NCBI GenBank assembly: GCA_039801565.1
Contig: JBDRUX010000006.1
Coordinates: 1-46,243 of the forward strand
Source: a candidate division WOR-3 bacterium
Lineage (GTDB): Bacteria > Hydrothermota > Tepidihabitantia > Tepidihabitantales > JAOUPE01
DNA length: 46,243 bases
Reading direction: 5' to 3'
Positions 35,411 to 46,036 of the stretch are shown piece after piece. The notes beneath the pieces are model-generated. The model saw only the letters and a list, made by a program, of their open reading frames with translations, was not told the DNA's origin and searched no databases. Position numbers and translations under genes: made by a program. Positions within the stretch are counted from its first letter, which is position 1, and each line of letters opens with the position of its first letter.

Positions 35411-35728
35411 ATGTTGAAAGAAGCCGAGAAGATACGAATTAAATTGAAAGCGTATGACCATCGGATATTAGACCAGTCGGCACGGGATATTGTGGAAGCA
35501 GCCCGCCGGACTGGTGCACAGGTCTCGGGACCGATTCCTTTGCCGACGAAACGGTCGCTTTATACCGTATTGCGTTCACCCCATGTTGATAAAAAGTCGC
35601 GCGAGCAATTTGAAATCCGAATTCATAAGAGACTTATCGAAATTTCTAATGCAACTGCTGAGATGGTTGACGCTCTAATGAAGTTAGAAGTTCCGGCTGG
35701 TGTGGAGGTTGAAATAAAATCAGCATGA
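35411..35728 (+). CDS. rpsJ: 30S ribosomal protein S10
   Basis: [31 protein letters not shown]. Confidence 0.97.
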   Translation: MLKEAEKIRIKLKAYDHRILDQSARDIVEAARRTGAQVSGPIPLPTKRSLYTVLRSPHVDKKSREQFEIRIHKRLIEISNATAEMVDALMKLEVPAGVEVEIKSA

Positions 35729-36339
35729 TTGGATTATTAGGTAAAAAAGTCGGAATGACTCAAATTTATTCTGAAAAAGGTGAAGTGATTCCCACTACTA
35801 TCCTTAAAGTCGGTCCTTGTTATGTAGTGCAAAAAAAGACTAAGGAAAAAGACGGCTACGAAGCAATCCAAATTGGTTTCGATAAAACTGAAAGACTGAA
35901 TAAACCTTTAACCGGACATTTTAAGAAAAATAATGTTCCATTCTGTAAGGAACTTGCCGAGATCCGAGTCAACAATCACACCGAGTTTAATGTCGGACAG
36001 GAACTTACAGTTAGTCTTTTTACGCTCGGTGATTTAGTTGATGTCACTGGCTGGACTAAAGGGCGTGGCTTTAGCGGTGGAATGAAACGGTGGGGATGGC
36101 ATGGTGGACCGGCATCGCATGGCTCAATGTCCCATCGCCGAATTGGTTCAGTTGGGTCAAATACTTGTCCGGGGCGTCCTTGGCGCGGTCGAACTTTACC
36201 CGGACATTACGGCAATGAACGGGTGACGATGAAAAATTTAAAAGTGGTCAAGATCGACCCAGATAATCACTTGCTTTATGTGAAAGGCGCGGTTCCGGGT
36301 GCAAAAAATGGTTTGGTAATAGTCAAGAAGGTAAAATGA
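35725..36339 (+). CDS. rplC: 50S ribosomal protein L3
   Basis: [23 protein letters not shown]. Confidence 0.97.
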   Translation: MIGLLGKKVGMTQIYSEKGEVIPTTILKVGPCYVVQKKTKEKDGYEAIQIGFDKTERLNKPLTGHFKKNNVPFCKELAEIRVNNHTEFNVGQELTVSLFTLGDLVDVTGWTKGRGFSGGMKRWGWHGGPASHGSMSHRRIGSVGSNTCPGRPWRGRTLPGHYGNERVTMKNLKVVKIDPDNHLLYVKGAVPGAKNGLVIVKKVK

Positions 36340-36995
36340 AAGTAGAAGTTATATCAATCACTGGTGAAAAGCCAACAACGATGGAGTTGCCCGATAACCT
36401 TTTTAAACAAAAGCCTAATCCCGGATTAGTCTGGGAAGCAGTCACTAATTATTGGGCAAATCAACGTCAAGGCACAGCCAAGACCAAGACCAGAGGAGAA
36501 GTTTCGGGTGGTGGTAGAAAACCCTGGCCCCAAAAACATACCGGTCGTGCCCGTCACGGTTCAATCCGTTCGCCAATCTGGGTTGGTGGCGGCATTGTCT
36601 TTGGACCGACCCCCCGTGATTATTCCTATCAAATGCCCAAAAAGAAAAAGCGCAAAGCCCTGTTAGTTGCCCTTTCCGAGAAATTGAATACCAATAATTT
36701 AAAAATTATCTCGACCCTACCACAAGATATTAGTAAAACTAAAGAGATGGCTAAAATTATTAACCAACTGGGCTGGTCCGAGGGTAAAACTATTTTGTTG
36801 TTAGACTCAATTTCGGAAAATCTGCATCGTTCAGTTCGAAATATTCCCAACTTCCATTTGAAGTGCGCCAAGGATTTAAATATCTATGATGTGGTCAGTG
36901 CTGACCGGGTAATATTTTCGAAAGCTGGAATCGAACAGTTCATTAATCTAATTAGTGATAAGTTGATTTTAAGAAAGGAAGAGATTAATCAATGA
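36336..36995 (+). CDS. rplD: 50S ribosomal protein L4
   Basis: RQGTAKTKTRGEVSGGGRKPW.QK.TGRAR.GS. Confidence 0.97.
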   Translation: MKVEVISITGEKPTTMELPDNLFKQKPNPGLVWEAVTNYWANQRQGTAKTKTRGEVSGGGRKPWPQKHTGRARHGSIRSPIWVGGGIVFGPTPRDYSYQMPKKKKRKALLVALSEKLNTNNLKIISTLPQDISKTKEMAKIINQLGWSEGKTILLLDSISENLHRSVRNIPNFHLKCAKDLNIYDVVSADRVIFSKAGIEQFINLISDKLILRKEEINQ

Positions 36996-37282
36996 TTGAG
37001 CCACACAAAATTATTATCCAGCCAATTATTACAGAAAAATCGGAGCGTCTCCGAACCGGTCAGAATCAATACACTTTTAAAGTTAAATCCGGTGTCAACA
37101 AAATTGAAATTCGAAGAGCGGTCGAGAATTTGTTTAATGTCAAGGTGGCAAAGGTGCGAGTGATGAATTACTTGGGAAAACCAAAGCGGATGGGGGTCTT
37201 TTTAGGCAAGCGGTCAGATTGGAAAAAAGCGATTGTGACACTAAAGAAAGGTCAAGTAATCGAAAGCTTGGGTAGGACTTAA
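36992..37282 (+). CDS. rplW: 50S ribosomal protein L23
   Basis: [15 protein letters not shown]. Confidence 0.95.
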   Translation: MIEPHKIIIQPIITEKSERLRTGQNQYTFKVKSGVNKIEIRRAVENLFNVKVAKVRVMNYLGKPKRMGVFLGKRSDWKKAIVTLKKGQVIESLGRT

Positions 37283-37293
37283 TTGGAGCAATA

Positions 37294-38118
37294 ATGGGAA
37301 TCAAATATTATCGGCCAATTACCCCAGCCCGCCGGTTTTATTCGGTTGCGACTTTTGAGGAGATTACTAAGGAAGAACCACACAAAGCCTTAATCTTACC
37401 GAAACGTAAGAAAGGTGGTAGAAATAATCAAGGGCGGATTACTGCTAAATACCGCGGCGGTGGCGAAAAACAGCACCTTCGAATTATTGATTTTAAACGG
37501 GACAAATTAGGAATTCCAGCCAAAGTCGTCTCAATCGAATACGACCCAAACCGTTCGGCCCGTATTGCCCTACTATCTTACAAAGATGGAGAATATCGTT
37601 ATATATTAGCACCAGAAGGCTTACATCCCGGAGACGAGGTGTTAGCCGGACGAAATGTCCCAATTCGAATTGGTAACGCAATGCCTTTAAGCGACATTCC
37701 AGTTGGTGTCGAAATTCATAACCTTCAGTTATACCCGAATTACAATTCCTATTTGGTGCGCAGTGCTGGCACTTCGGCTCAAATTTTAGCCAAAGAAGAA
37801 GATTACGCCGTTATCAAGTTGCCATCCGGTGAGATAAGAAAATTTTCCTTAGACTGCTTTGCTACAGTTGGTAAAGTTTCAAATCCTGAGCACAAAGATA
37901 TTTCGTTGGGTAAAGCCGGTCGGTCAAGACACCGTGGTATTCGACCCAGAACCCGAGCAGTGGCAATGAATCCCATTGACCATCCAATGGGCGGCGGCGA
38001 AGGAAAATCGTCAGGAGGCAGACATCCCTGTTCCGAAAAGGGTCTCATCGCCAAAGGGAAAAAGACTCGAAAGCGGAATAAATTTTCTGATAAGTTAATC
38101 GTGCAAAGGAGAAAATAA
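37294..38118 (+). CDS. rplB: 50S ribosomal protein L2
   Basis: [37 protein letters not shown]. Confidence 0.97.
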   Translation: MGIKYYRPITPARRFYSVATFEEITKEEPHKALILPKRKKGGRNNQGRITAKYRGGGEKQHLRIIDFKRDKLGIPAKVVSIEYDPNRSARIALLSYKDGEYRYILAPEGLHPGDEVLAGRNVPIRIGNAMPLSDIPVGVEIHNLQLYPNYNSYLVRSAGTSAQILAKEEDYAVIKLPSGEIRKFSLDCFATVGKVSNPEHKDISLGKAGRSRHRGIRPRTRAVAMNPIDHPMGGGEGKSSGGRHPCSEKGLIAKGKKTRKRNKFSDKLIVQRRK

Positions 38119-38417
38119 TGGGTAGGTCAACGAAAAAAGGTCCTTACATTGATGAGAAACTCCTAGCACGGATAAAGAAGATGAGCGAAACTGGGGAAAA
38201 ACGAACAATCAAAACCTATGCCCGACGCAGTGTGATTCCACCAGAATTTGTGGGCTATACCATCGCGGTTCATACTGGAAATCGGTTTGTGCCAGTTTAT
38301 ATTACGGAACGGATGGTTGGACATCGATTGGGTGAGTTTGCCCCAACCCGGACTTTTCGAGCTCATTCTGGACAACGGCGCGAACGAAAAGAAAAAGAAG
38401 AAGAAACTAAAGAATAA
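38118..38417 (+). CDS. rpsS: 30S ribosomal protein S19
   Basis: [20 protein letters not shown]. Confidence 0.97.
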   Translation: MGRSTKKGPYIDEKLLARIKKMSETGEKRTIKTYARRSVIPPEFVGYTIAVHTGNRFVPVYITERMVGHRLGEFAPTRTFRAHSGQRRERKEKEEETKE

Positions 38418-38425
38418 ATTCAAAA

Positions 38426-38782
38426 ATGGAAGCAAAGGCGATTAGTTATTACCAACGAGTTTCTCCGAAGAAAATCAATCGAATCTTGGAATTGATTCGA
38501 AACCGAGATGTCCCAGAGGCCTTAAACATTTTAACATTCTTGAATAAACCGACGAAATTGAGTGTGCTTAAGACATTACGTTCCGCAGTTGCCAATGCGA
38601 TTAATTTAGCGGGCAAAGTAAAACTTTCGGAGGAGGATTTATTTGTTAAACGAGCATTTGTCAATGGTGGTCCAATGATGAAACGTGTTCAACCCGGCCC
38701 CCGCGGGAGCGCTTCGCTAATCCGACGTCGCACTTCCCACATTTGTATTGTAGTTGCAACAAAAGAGGAAAAAAGGAAGTAA
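38426..38782 (+). CDS. rplV: 50S ribosomal protein L22
   Basis: SPKK, SAVANA, RRRTSHI. Confidence 0.95.
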   Translation: MEAKAISYYQRVSPKKINRILELIRNRDVPEALNILTFLNKPTKLSVLKTLRSAVANAINLAGKVKLSEEDLFVKRAFVNGGPMMKRVQPGPRGSASLIRRRTSHICIVVATKEEKRK

Positions 38783-38783
38783 G

Positions 38784-39413
38784 ATGGGTCAGAAGACACA
38801 CCCGATTGGATTCCGTTTAGGCATTACTAAAGATTGGAAGTCTGCCTGGTTTGACGAACAGAACTATCGGACTTATTTATTAGAGGATTTAAAGATTCGC
38901 CGTTATATTAAAGCTAAGTTATCCGAAGCGATGATTTCGGCAATTGATATAAAACGGGTTGCCAATCGGACTTCAATCATAATTCATACTGCCCGCCCCG
39001 GGATGGTTTTTGGTACTCGGCGCCAGGCATTGGATATTTTACGCGAAGAAATTAAGCGTCTGACTGGTCGTGACGTTATGATTTCAGTTGAAGTTGTTAG
39101 AGTGCCCGAATTAGAAGCTCAATTGGTAGCCGAATCAATCGCCCGACAGTTAGAACAACGGGTTGCGCATCGCCGAGCAATGAAACGGGCAGTGACGCAG
39201 GCAATGCGGTTGGGTGCAATTGGCATTAAGATCCAAGTTTCGGGTCGGTTGGGCGGTGTGGAAATTGCCCGGTCCGAGCGCTACCAAGAAGGTAAAGTTC
39301 CTTTACAAACTCTTAGAGCTGATATTGATTATGCGGTTGATGTAGCGAAGACGATTTATGGAACTTGTGGAGTTAAGGTGTGGATAAATAAAGGCGAAGT
39401 CGCAACTACTTAG
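38784..39413 (+). CDS. rpsC: 30S ribosomal protein S3
   Basis: [33 protein letters not shown]. Confidence 0.97.
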   Translation: MGQKTHPIGFRLGITKDWKSAWFDEQNYRTYLLEDLKIRRYIKAKLSEAMISAIDIKRVANRTSIIIHTARPGMVFGTRRQALDILREEIKRLTGRDVMISVEVVRVPELEAQLVAESIARQLEQRVAHRRAMKRAVTQAMRLGAIGIKIQVSGRLGGVEIARSERYQEGKVPLQTLRADIDYAVDVAKTIYGTCGVKVWINKGEVATT

Positions 39414-39422
39414 GAGTGACCA

Positions 39423-39851
39423 ATGTTAATGCCAAAAAGAGTTAAATACCGAAAACAGCAACGTGGCCGACGCAAGGGTAAGGCAACCGGAGCTAACAAA
39501 TTAGATTTCGGTGAGTTTGGTCTCCAAGCTCTTGAACCGGCTTGGATAACGGGACGCCAAATTGAGGCAGCGCGGGTAGCGATTACTAAATTTATGAAAA
39601 AAGCGGGTAAACTCTGGATTAGAATTTTTCCTGACAAACCGGTTACGAAAAAACCAGCCGAAACCCGTATGGGAAAGGGAAAAGGTGCACCAGAATTTTG
39701 GGTGAGTGTGGTAAAACCGGGTCGGATTCTTTTTGAAGTCGAGGGTATCGGTGAAGAAGAGTCAAAGACTGCCCTGCGGTTAGCTGCAAGCAAACTGCCT
39801 CTCAAGACCCGAGTGATTAAACGGACCGAGGTGGCTTATGAAGGCTTCTGA
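39423..39851 (+). CDS. rplP: 50S ribosomal protein L16
   Basis: [18 protein letters not shown]. Confidence 0.97.
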   Translation: MLMPKRVKYRKQQRGRRKGKATGANKLDFGEFGLQALEPAWITGRQIEAARVAITKFMKKAGKLWIRIFPDKPVTKKPAETRMGKGKGAPEFWVSVVKPGRILFEVEGIGEEESKTALRLAASKLPLKTRVIKRTEVAYEGF

Positions 39852-40041
39852 GATTCGCAATATGACCGAAGAAGAGATACGGCGTACCCTGGCTTCATTA
39901 CGGGATGAATATTTTAAACTGCGTCTGCGCCGCAGCACTGAAGAATTGCCTAATCCATTGCGACTGCGGACGATTCGTCGTGATATTGCAAGAGTTTTAA
40001 CCATCCTCCGTGAAATTGAATTAAAGAAATCCAAAAAATAG
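39838..40041 (+). CDS. rpmC: 50S ribosomal protein L29
   Basis: RRDIARVLT; position in operon. Confidence 0.95.
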   Translation: MKASEIRNMTEEEIRRTLASLRDEYFKLRLRRSTEELPNPLRLRTIRRDIARVLTILREIELKKSKK

Positions 40042-40052
40042 TAAAGGAGAAG

Positions 40053-40292
40053 ATGCGAAAAAGACGGAAAACTTTAATTGGCGTGGTAAAAAGTAATCGA
40101 ATGCAAAAAACGGTGGTAGTCTTGGTTGAAAGCCTGCAATTTCATCCGAAGTTGAAAAAGTATCGGCGCCGACATAAAAAAGTTTATGCCCATGACGAAA
40201 AAGGCGAGTGCAAAGTTGGTGACAAGGTGCTATTAATGGAAACGCGACCTTTATCGAAACTGAAACGATGGCGGGTGGTTAAGAAATTATGA
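40053..40292 (+). CDS. rpsQ: 30S ribosomal protein S17
   Basis: [11 protein letters not shown]. Confidence 0.96.
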   Translation: MRKRRKTLIGVVKSNRMQKTVVVLVESLQFHPKLKKYRRRHKKVYAHDEKGECKVGDKVLLMETRPLSKLKRWRVVKKL

Positions 40293-40657
40293 TTCAAGAC
40301 TTCAGTCGCTTAGTGGTTGCTGATAATACCGGTGCCCGGGAAGTAATGGTGATTAAGGTTATGGGCGGGTCAAAAAGACGATTTGGACGTCTGGGCGATG
40401 TTGTAATCGTGACCGTGAAAGATGCCTTGCCCAATGCACCAATTAAACCGGGTGACAAGGCACGCGCCGTTGTGGTACGAACTCGGAAAGAACAAAGGCG
40501 ATCCGACGGGTCTTATATCCGCTTTGACGATAACGCTTGTGTGCTGATTGATGACAAAGGTGAACCGCGTGGCACTCGGGTCTTTGGACCGGTAGCTCGC
40601 GAATTGCGCGAAAAACAATATACCAAAATTGTTTCGTTAGCAGCTGAGGTGGTCTAA
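40289..40657 (+). CDS. rplN: 50S ribosomal protein L14
   Basis: [24 protein letters not shown]. Confidence 0.97.
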   Translation: MIQDFSRLVVADNTGAREVMVIKVMGGSKRRFGRLGDVVIVTVKDALPNAPIKPGDKARAVVVRTRKEQRRSDGSYIRFDDNACVLIDDKGEPRGTRVFGPVARELREKQYTKIVSLAAEVV

Positions 40658-40660
40658 ACA

Positions 40661-40978
40661 ATGCATATTAAAAAGAATGATGTGGTTGAAGTAATCACAG
40701 GCGAAGAAAGGGGTAAAAGGGGTAAGGTGCTTCGGATTGTGCCGAGTGAAAAATCAGGTATGAGATTAATAATTGATGGTATCAATCTTGCCAAAAAGCA
40801 TCAAAAAACCCGCAGTGCTGATAAACCGGGCGGGATTATTGATTTGCCCAATCCAATTCATATTTCAAATGTGGTATTGATCTGCCCAAAATGTGGTAAA
40901 AAGACCAAGGTGCGCCGAGAAAAAAAAGAAGGCAGGCGAATTCGAATCTGCCGGCTCTGTGAGGAGATGATAGACTGA
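40661..40978 (+). CDS. rplX: 50S ribosomal protein L24
   Basis: KOW motif, PIHISNV, CPKC..CRLC. Confidence 0.95.
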   Translation: MHIKKNDVVEVITGEERGKRGKVLRIVPSEKSGMRLIIDGINLAKKHQKTRSADKPGGIIDLPNPIHISNVVLICPKCGKKTKVRREKKEGRRIRICRLCEEMID

Positions 40979-41526
40979 TGACCGCCCGACTCAAAACTGA
41001 ATATCGCAAAAGAATTGTTGACCGATTGATGAAACGATTTGGCTACAAAAATATTTATCAAGTACCGAAATTAGAAAAAGTAGTGATTAATGTTGCGGCT
41101 GGCGAAGCGGTGGCTGACCCAAAAATTTTAGAAACTATTGCTGAAGATATTGCTCTGATTACTGGACAGCGACCGGTGATAACCCGAGCAAAACGGGCAA
41201 TAGCGGCATTCAAATTACGTGCTGGGATGCCAATTGGGGTCAAAGTGACATTGCGTGGCGACCGGATGTATGAATTTTTGGACCGATTTTTCAATTTCGC
41301 GGCACCACGCATTCGGGATTTTCGAGGGTTTCCAACCAACATTTTTGATGGTCGAGGTAATTGTAGTCTCGGTATCTCGGAGCAAATCATTTTTCCTGAA
41401 ATCGAAGCAGCAAAAATTAAAAAAGTATTTGGAATGGATATCACTATTGTCACTACCGCAAAACGAGATGATGAAGCAAAAGCATTATTAGAGGAGTTGG
41501 GAATGCCGTTTCGAAAGGAGCGTTGA
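40978..41526 (+). CDS. rplE: 50S ribosomal protein L5
   Basis: [30 protein letters not shown]. Confidence 0.97.
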   Translation: MTARLKTEYRKRIVDRLMKRFGYKNIYQVPKLEKVVINVAAGEAVADPKILETIAEDIALITGQRPVITRAKRAIAAFKLRAGMPIGVKVTLRGDRMYEFLDRFFNFAAPRIRDFRGFPTNIFDGRGNCSLGISEQIIFPEIEAAKIKKVFGMDITIVTTAKRDDEAKALLEELGMPFRKER

Positions 41527-41528
41527 TT

Positions 41529-41714
41529 ATGGCAAGACTATGTTTGATTGTGAAATCGCAGCGACCGCCAAAGTTTAAGGTGCGTAAGCATAACCGCTGT
41601 CAGCGTTGTTTTCGTCCCCGAGCGTTCTATCGGCGGTTCGGTTTATGTCGGCTTTGCTTCCGCGAATTGGCGTTGGCTGGCGAACTGCCTGGTGTTAGAA
41701 AAGCCACCTGGTAA
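41529..41714 (+). CDS. rpsN: 30S ribosomal protein S14, zinc-binding (type Z)
   Basis: [21 protein letters not shown]. Confidence 0.95.
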   Translation: MARLCLIVKSQRPPKFKVRKHNRCQRCFRPRAFYRRFGLCRLCFRELALAGELPGVRKATW

Positions 41715-41725
41715 AAGGAGATAGA

Positions 41726-42118
41726 ATGGACCCAATTAGTGATATGTTGACTCGGATCCGTAACGCCATCCACGCCCGCCAGAAACAAGTAACTATCCCT
41801 TACTCAAAATTAAAGTTTGAAATCGCCCGAATTCTTATGCAAGAAGGCTATATTAGTAATTTTCAGGAGATTAGCGAACCGGGCGATAAGAAAAAAATTG
41901 TGATTCAACTGAAATATACCGAAGATGGCAAACCGGTTATTTATGGATTAAAACGAATCTCAAAACCGAGCCGGCGGATTTATGCGAAATGGGACGAAAT
42001 TCCTAAGGTTATCGGCGGTTTAGGAATTGCGATTCTTTCCACTAACAAAGGAGTCCTCACCGACCGGGAAGCACGGGCTGAACATATCGGCGGTGAAGTC
42101 ATTTGCTATGTCTGGTAA
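41726..42118 (+). CDS. rpsH: 30S ribosomal protein S8
   Basis: DPISDMLTRIRNA, ISKPSRRIY, GGEVICYVW. Confidence 0.97.
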   Translation: MDPISDMLTRIRNAIHARQKQVTIPYSKLKFEIARILMQEGYISNFQEISEPGDKKKIVIQLKYTEDGKPVIYGLKRISKPSRRIYAKWDEIPKVIGGLGIAILSTNKGVLTDREARAEHIGGEVICYVW

Positions 42119-42175
42119 TTTTGCCAACTTGCTAAAATAAAAAATCAATCGGTAATCTTATCCTCAGAAATTTCG

Positions 42176-42853
42176 ATGTTAAAGGCTGGTTGGATTTTAG
42201 ACTTGGGATTCTGTGAATATGAAAAATCCCTTAGGATTCAAAAAAGACTGCATCAGTTGCGAGTTGAAGCTAAGATACCCGACACATTGATTTTAGTCGA
42301 ACATCCCGCGGTCTTCACCTTAGGTAAATCAGGTAGGACAGATAACTTATTAGTGGCACCAGAATTTCTGACCGCAAGGGGTATAAAAATTTATCGTATT
42401 GAACGGGGTGGCGATATCACCTTTCATGGGCCAGGACAGATTGTTGGGTATCCAATATTTTATATTAAGGATACGTTAGCCGGAATTAGGGCAATGATCG
42501 AACGATTAGAATTGTTAATAATCTTGACTTTGAATAATTTTGGTATTGAAGCAAAGGTCTTGCCAAAAATGGTTGGAGTTTGGGTTGGAGGCGAAAAAAT
42601 CGCTTCCATTGGATTAGCGGTTAAAAGTTGGGTAAGTTTTCACGGCTTTGCCCTCAATGTTGCAACCGATTTGAGCAATTTTGATTTAATTCGTCCCTGC
42701 GGCTTATCGAATATAAAAATGACTTCACTCGAGAGGGTTTTAAAAAAGCAGATTAATTTAAATGAAGTTAAAGAGCGAATAATATTCAATCTACCCCAAG
42801 TCTTTAATAAGAAATTTCTGGTTAAAGATGAATTATTGGAACTTACCTCTTAG
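42176..42853 (+). CDS. lipB: Lipoyl(octanoyl) transferase LipB
   Basis: EHPAVFTLG, RGGDITFHGPGQ, KIASIG, HGFALN, PCG. Confidence 0.93.
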   Translation: MLKAGWILDLGFCEYEKSLRIQKRLHQLRVEAKIPDTLILVEHPAVFTLGKSGRTDNLLVAPEFLTARGIKIYRIERGGDITFHGPGQIVGYPIFYIKDTLAGIRAMIERLELLIILTLNNFGIEAKVLPKMVGVWVGGEKIASIGLAVKSWVSFHGFALNVATDLSNFDLIRPCGLSNIKMTSLERVLKKQINLNEVKERIIFNLPQVFNKKFLVKDELLELTS

Positions 42854-43537
42854 GTAGACCGTCTGAACAAATGGCTTTGCTAAGGCGACAAATTTCTCCG
42901 CTACTGCCTTGGGATAGGGCTTTACCTTTCGATATTTAGCATTTCGGCAATTCTCTGGCACAAACTGTTGTAAGGCATAAAGTCGAGCATTCGGGATGGC
43001 TTGGGCAATTTGTTCAATTTCTTCGGCACCAATCAGGCCCGGCACCAAAGTTGTCCGAAATTCATAATCAACTTTTTCTTCAAAGAGTAACCGGATTGAC
43101 CGCTGAATTAAACCCAACTCGAGCTTTCGACCACAAGCTTTTTCATAGCGCTGGTCCGGTACAGTTTTAATATCCATCGCTACATAGTCTACCAATTGCC
43201 TTGCAATTAACTCCCAAAGGATATAAGGGTAATAGCCATTAGTGTCGAGCTTAATCTTAAATCCTAATCTTTTAATCTTCTGACATAGACCAAAGATTTC
43301 GGGATGCATACAAGGTTCACCGCCAGTGATAACTACGCCATCAAGCCATTGCTTTTTTGCTTTTAGTTTGCTCGCAATATCTTCCCATTCCAATGCTTTT
43401 AATCGTTTCAAGTCATTCGCCAAAGGATAGTTTTGACAGAACGGGCAACGAAAATTGCAGCCACCCAAAAAGATGACCGAAACCAATTTACCGTCCCAAT
43501 CAATCAAAGACGACTCGATAAAACCTAAGATTCGCAT
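42833..43537 (-). CDS. nrdG: Radical SAM anaerobic ribonucleotide reductase activating protein-like
   Basis: SLIDW.G, GCNFRCPFCQN, GVVITGGEP, KLDTNG, AMDIK, EFRTT. Confidence 0.82.
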   Translation of the reverse strand: MRILGFIESSLIDWDGKLVSVIFLGGCNFRCPFCQNYPLANDLKRLKALEWEDIASKLKAKKQWLDGVVITGGEPCMHPEIFGLCQKIKRLGFKIKLDTNGYYPYILWELIARQLVDYVAMDIKTVPDQRYEKACGRKLELGLIQRSIRLLFEEKVDYEFRTTLVPGLIGAEEIEQIAQAIPNARLYALQQFVPENCRNAKYRKVKPYPKAVAEKFVALAKPFVQTVYLRGKFQ

Positions 43538-43588
43538 CAAGCCAATCTAATCATAAGGAAATTAATTTTAGGTGTTTAGCAATTTGCT

Positions 43589-43918
43589 TTATTTTTCCGT
43601 TTTAATCGGGTTAGTTTCCTCAAAAGGATTGGATTCGGCTTTAAGGTCAAAGATTGACCGCAACTCTTCAAAGGTCGGTGCCGTCTTAACCCATCGTCCC
43701 AACATCTTACCGTTTTTTTCTAAAACGACGGCTGGAATATCAAAAATATTATGGAAGGCACCTTCGGTTAACCCATCTACTGTGTCCATATCAAAATAAT
43801 CAATGTTGGCTTCTTTTAACCAACGGTTGCGGAAATATTCCATTTTTTCTTTTACCCGATGGCAGATGGCACAGCCCGATTTGCCAAAAACTTTGAATCT
43901 TATATCATTAGCAATCAT
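43589..43918 (-). CDS. Thioredoxin/glutaredoxin-like protein
   Basis: VFGKSGCAIC CxxC, DIPAVV cis-Pro region; RBS AGGAGG. Confidence 0.7.
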   Translation of the reverse strand: MIANDIRFKVFGKSGCAICHRVKEKMEYFRNRWLKEANIDYFDMDTVDGLTEGAFHNIFDIPAVVLEKNGKMLGRWVKTAPTFEELRSIFDLKAESNPFEETNPIKTEK

Positions 43919-44044
43919 TCTACCTCCTAACTACGAGTTTCTTAAAGTTATAGCTTGGCTTTGGTGGTTTTCCATGAGGATTTAGCATAAAAATTTTTTG
44001 GGGTAAGGTCAATAGCTTTTTATATTTTAGCAGACTGACTAATC

Positions 44045-44072
44045 TTGACTTTTTTCATTCATCGTTTATACT
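44045..44072 (+). promoter_or_regulatory. tRNA-Leu/tig promoter TTGACT-16-TATACT
   Basis: Motif 9 nt upstream of the tRNA 5' end. Confidence 0.65.
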
Positions 44073-44081
44073 TTAGTAGAT

Positions 44082-44164
44082 GCGAGGATGGCGGAATCTG
44101 GCAGACGCGTTGGATTTAGGATCCAATCCTTTTCAGGGTGGGGGTTCAACTCCCCCTCCTCGCA
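44082..44164 (+). tRNA. tRNA-Leu (anticodon UAG), CCA not encoded
   Basis: Acceptor GCGAGGA/TCCTCGC+A; D-arm GCGGAATCTGGCAGACGC; anticodon arm TTGGA-TTTAGGA-TCCAA; long variable arm; GGGGG-TTCAACT-CCCCC T-arm. Confidence 0.95.
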
Positions 44165-44180
44165 TTAATAAACTAAAGAG

Positions 44181-45398
44181 ATGGAAATAAAAGTATTAGA
44201 ACCTGAACAATGGCTACGCGAACTTGAAATTCTGGTTGAGCCAGAACGAGTTAAACAGAAGATAGCCGAAATTACTAAAATCTATGCCCAAACCATTAAA
44301 GTCCCTGGATTCCGTAAGGGAAAGGTCCCGATAGCAGTCTTGGAAAAAAGATACGGCCAACAATTAGAAACCGAGGCTTTACAACAATTATTTGAAGAAA
44401 TTTATAAGGAAGCAATCGCAACCCAACACCTAAAACCGTTTACAACCGCTAAAATCACCGACTATAACTTATCCGAAGATAAAAAATTAACCCTTAGAAT
44501 CTCTTTTGAAGTGATTCCGGACTACGAGCTCAAAGAGTACAAAGGAATAAGACTGAAAAAGCAAGAGCCAACTGGATTTGATCAAGAGTTTGAGCGACGT
44601 TTTAATCAGTTATTAGACCGTTGTGCGACTTTTGTCTCCTTGCCCCGACCAGCAGAAAATAGTGACTTTCTACTCTGTGATTATGGGATTTATGAAGATG
44701 ATAAGTTAATTGGCAAACTGGCACAAAATGTCTTAATCCAAATTGGTGATGCGATGAATTTAGAAGAGATTAATCAAGGTCTGGTAGGAGTCAAAGCCGG
44801 CGAAACAAGGACGATAACGGTCGACTTCCCACAAGATTATCCGGATAAGTCAATCGCGGGTAAGACTCGGATTTATAAATTTACCATTCGGGATGTGAAA
44901 AAGAAGATCTTACCCGAGGTTGATGATAATTTTGCTCAAGACTTAGGATTTAAGAGTTTAGAAGATTTACGCCAAGCCTTGAATGAAGAAATTCTCGCCG
45001 ACCGTGCCAAGTTAATTGAATCAGATTTATTCAATCAAATTTATAATTATTTAATCCGGGAACATAATTTTGAACCACCCGCCTCTTTGGTTAATGATGT
45101 TTATAACCAGATGCTGAAAGATTACAATTTAACCGATTCTGACGAGACGCTGAAAAAATTACTACCAATTGCCAAAAATCGTGCCAAATTTAATATCATT
45201 ATCGCTCGAATTGCGCAAAAAGAAAATATCGAGCCAACACCGGAAGAGATTGAAGCGAAGATTGAAGAGTATGCAAGACAACTTAAGACCGAACCAGCAA
45301 AGCTTGACCACCTGCGTAACAACGCAGTCTTCTCATTTGAGATAATCAAAGAGAAGACAATGGACTGGCTTTTAAAAAATGCTGTAGTTGAAAATTAA
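44181..45398 (+). CDS. tig: Trigger factor
   Basis: VPGFRKGKVP ribosome-binding motif, FKBP-like middle (FPQDY), context tRNA-tig-clpP. Confidence 0.95.
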   Translation: MEIKVLEPEQWLRELEILVEPERVKQKIAEITKIYAQTIKVPGFRKGKVPIAVLEKRYGQQLETEALQQLFEEIYKEAIATQHLKPFTTAKITDYNLSEDKKLTLRISFEVIPDYELKEYKGIRLKKQEPTGFDQEFERRFNQLLDRCATFVSLPRPAENSDFLLCDYGIYEDDKLIGKLAQNVLIQIGDAMNLEEINQGLVGVKAGETRTITVDFPQDYPDKSIAGKTRIYKFTIRDVKKKILPEVDDNFAQDLGFKSLEDLRQALNEEILADRAKLIESDLFNQIYNYLIREHNFEPPASLVNDVYNQMLKDYNLTDSDETLKKLLPIAKNRAKFNIIIARIAQKENIEPTPEEIEAKIEEYARQLKTEPAKLDHLRNNAVFSFEIIKEKTMDWLLKNAVVEN

Positions 45399-45451
45399 GT
45401 GTAGAAAGGTGAAAAAATATGAGACAGCAATTAACGAGATTGGGAGGACAA

Positions 45452-46036
45452 ATGTATGTGCCGATAGTTATTGAGCAAACCGGACGGGGTGAACGTGCCT
45501 ATGACATCTATTCCCGTTTGTTAAAGGAAAGAATTATCTTTGTCGGAATGCCGATTGATGACAATGTTGCCAATTTGGTCATCGCCCAATTGTTATTCTT
45601 AGAAGCCGAAGACCATGATAAAGACATTTCACTTTACATTAATTCACCGGGTGGCATTGTTTCATCTGGCTTAGCAATTTATGATACAATGCAGTACATC
45701 AAACCCAAGGTTAGCACAATCTGTATGGGTATGGCAGCAAGTATTGCCGCACTCCTTTTGGCAGCCGGTGAAAAAGGAAAGCGATTTACTTTGCCCCATT
45801 CCCGAATTATGATTCACCAGCCCGAAGTCCACGGTTTGTCAGGTCAAGCCACTGATATTGAGATTCATGCCCGGGAGATTGTGAAATTGAAAGAACAATT
45901 GATTTCGATAATGGCAAAACATACTGGTCAACCGGTGGAGAAGATTGCTAAGGATTCGGACCGCAACTTTTTTATGTCCGCCACCGAAGCCAAAGAATAC
46001 GGGATTATTGATGAAGTCATCGAAAAACGAAAATAA
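45452..46036 (+). CDS. clpP: ATP-dependent Clp protease proteolytic subunit
   Basis: [38 protein letters not shown] favours ATG 45452. Confidence 0.97.
   Translation: MYVPIVIEQTGRGERAYDIYSRLLKERIIFVGMPIDDNVANLVIAQLLFLEAEDHDKDISLYINSPGGIVSSGLAIYDTMQYIKPKVSTICMGMAASIAALLLAAGEKGKRFTLPHSRIMIHQPEVHGLSGQATDIEIHAREIVKLKEQLISIMAKHTGQPVEKIAKDSDRNFFMSATEAKEYGIIDEVIEKRK

Noticed and set aside
44082..44180. tRNA-Leu as an integration site
   Set aside because: tig follows after 16 nt; no duplicated tRNA 3' end or integrase seen in the window.
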